Positions 63,276-64,000 of a stretch of DNA of 64,000 bases are shown here, one piece after another (within the stretch, counting starts at the first letter, position 1; every line of letters begins with the position of its first letter). A program made the position numbers and the translations under genes. The DNA lies in the NCBI RefSeq assembly GCF_036321535.1, contig NC_087437.1, positions 33,606,001 through 33,670,000 of the forward strand. The letters run 5' to 3'. This DNA comes from Camelus dromedarius (Eukaryota). The notes under the pieces are model-generated. The model was not told where the DNA came from and did no database searches. It worked only from the letters and a program-made list of their open reading frames with translations.

Positions 63276-64000
63276 AACTGTGGCCTAATAATTTGTATCT
63301 AGACCTGCCTCTTCAGGCTTAACCATTTGCTGACTCTCTGAGCCCATCTCTCACAGGCCCTACTCATTTTAAAGCTAAGAATCATCTAGCAAAAGCCATG
63401 CTATGTTGTCTCTTCTACCATGTCTCCTACCATGCCCACTGTCCTAGGGGTGCTCATCTATAATTTGCATGGGACAGCAACATTTAAAAACACATTTTTG
63501 ATAGGTAAAAAAGTTTACATCATGAGAATGCTGATCTGTACTTAACAAATACTGACATTAAAAAAAAGACCAATGTCTACTATCACCATGTTCTCATCAA
63601 AAACTATTTTAACTACCCCCAAATCTAGAAAGGATAAAATCTTGGAATACAGAACAGTCCTTCTCAAAAAAGAATGTCTAGCAACTATACCTGTCCTGCG
63701 CCATCTATAAATTTGTATCTTTATCACTCTGCCTTTGTTTTCTTTTTCTCATTTCACCAGAGACCTGTGAATATTTTGTACAGACAAGCACTAGTTGATA
63801 GTCCAGCATTTGGAAACCCTTCTTTATCATGTCAAAACTGTCTCAAGCTACTTTGAAATTTTCTGGGGAAGATTCTGTAGCCTCCTTTGAATACTCTTCT
63901 AATAGTCACTCCTACTCTCTGTCAGAAATTTTAATCCCATATGAAACCTTATGACCTCTATGTGGTGACCTGCTGTAGTTCACTTAATATCTCCTCACTG

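Noticed and set aside
1..64000. CRISPR array, operon or other prokaryote-type or novel multi-gene system
   Set aside because: No regularly spaced repeat-spacer array, no long ORFs or gene clusters; the whole window is repeat-rich mammalian DNA.

Overview
This is AT-rich, CpG-depleted mammalian genomic DNA. It is most likely from a camelid (Camelus or Vicugna/Lama), inferred from two vic-1-type tRNA-derived SINEs and the style of the young L1 3' ends. The window reads as intronic or intergenic, and I recognise no protein-coding exon of a known gene. Every listed ORF is either an L1 ORF2 C-terminal remnant, repeat-derived, or consistent with chance. Much of the window is decayed interspersed repeat: L1/L1M, L2, MIR, MaLR/ERV LTRs, and hAT/Tigger MITEs. 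The best non-repeat signals are two candidate + strand terminal exons (acceptors before 25071 and 31071) and several motif-rich or CpG-retaining unique segments. The clearest structural observations are two twin-primed (5'-inverted) L1s, a triple-nested insertion, an internally deleted SINE, and a perfect hairpin fused to a perfect tandem duplication inside an LTR. I find no evidence of a novel multi-gene system. Repeat names were assigned by eye from remembered consensus motifs, so subfamilies and boundaries are approximate.
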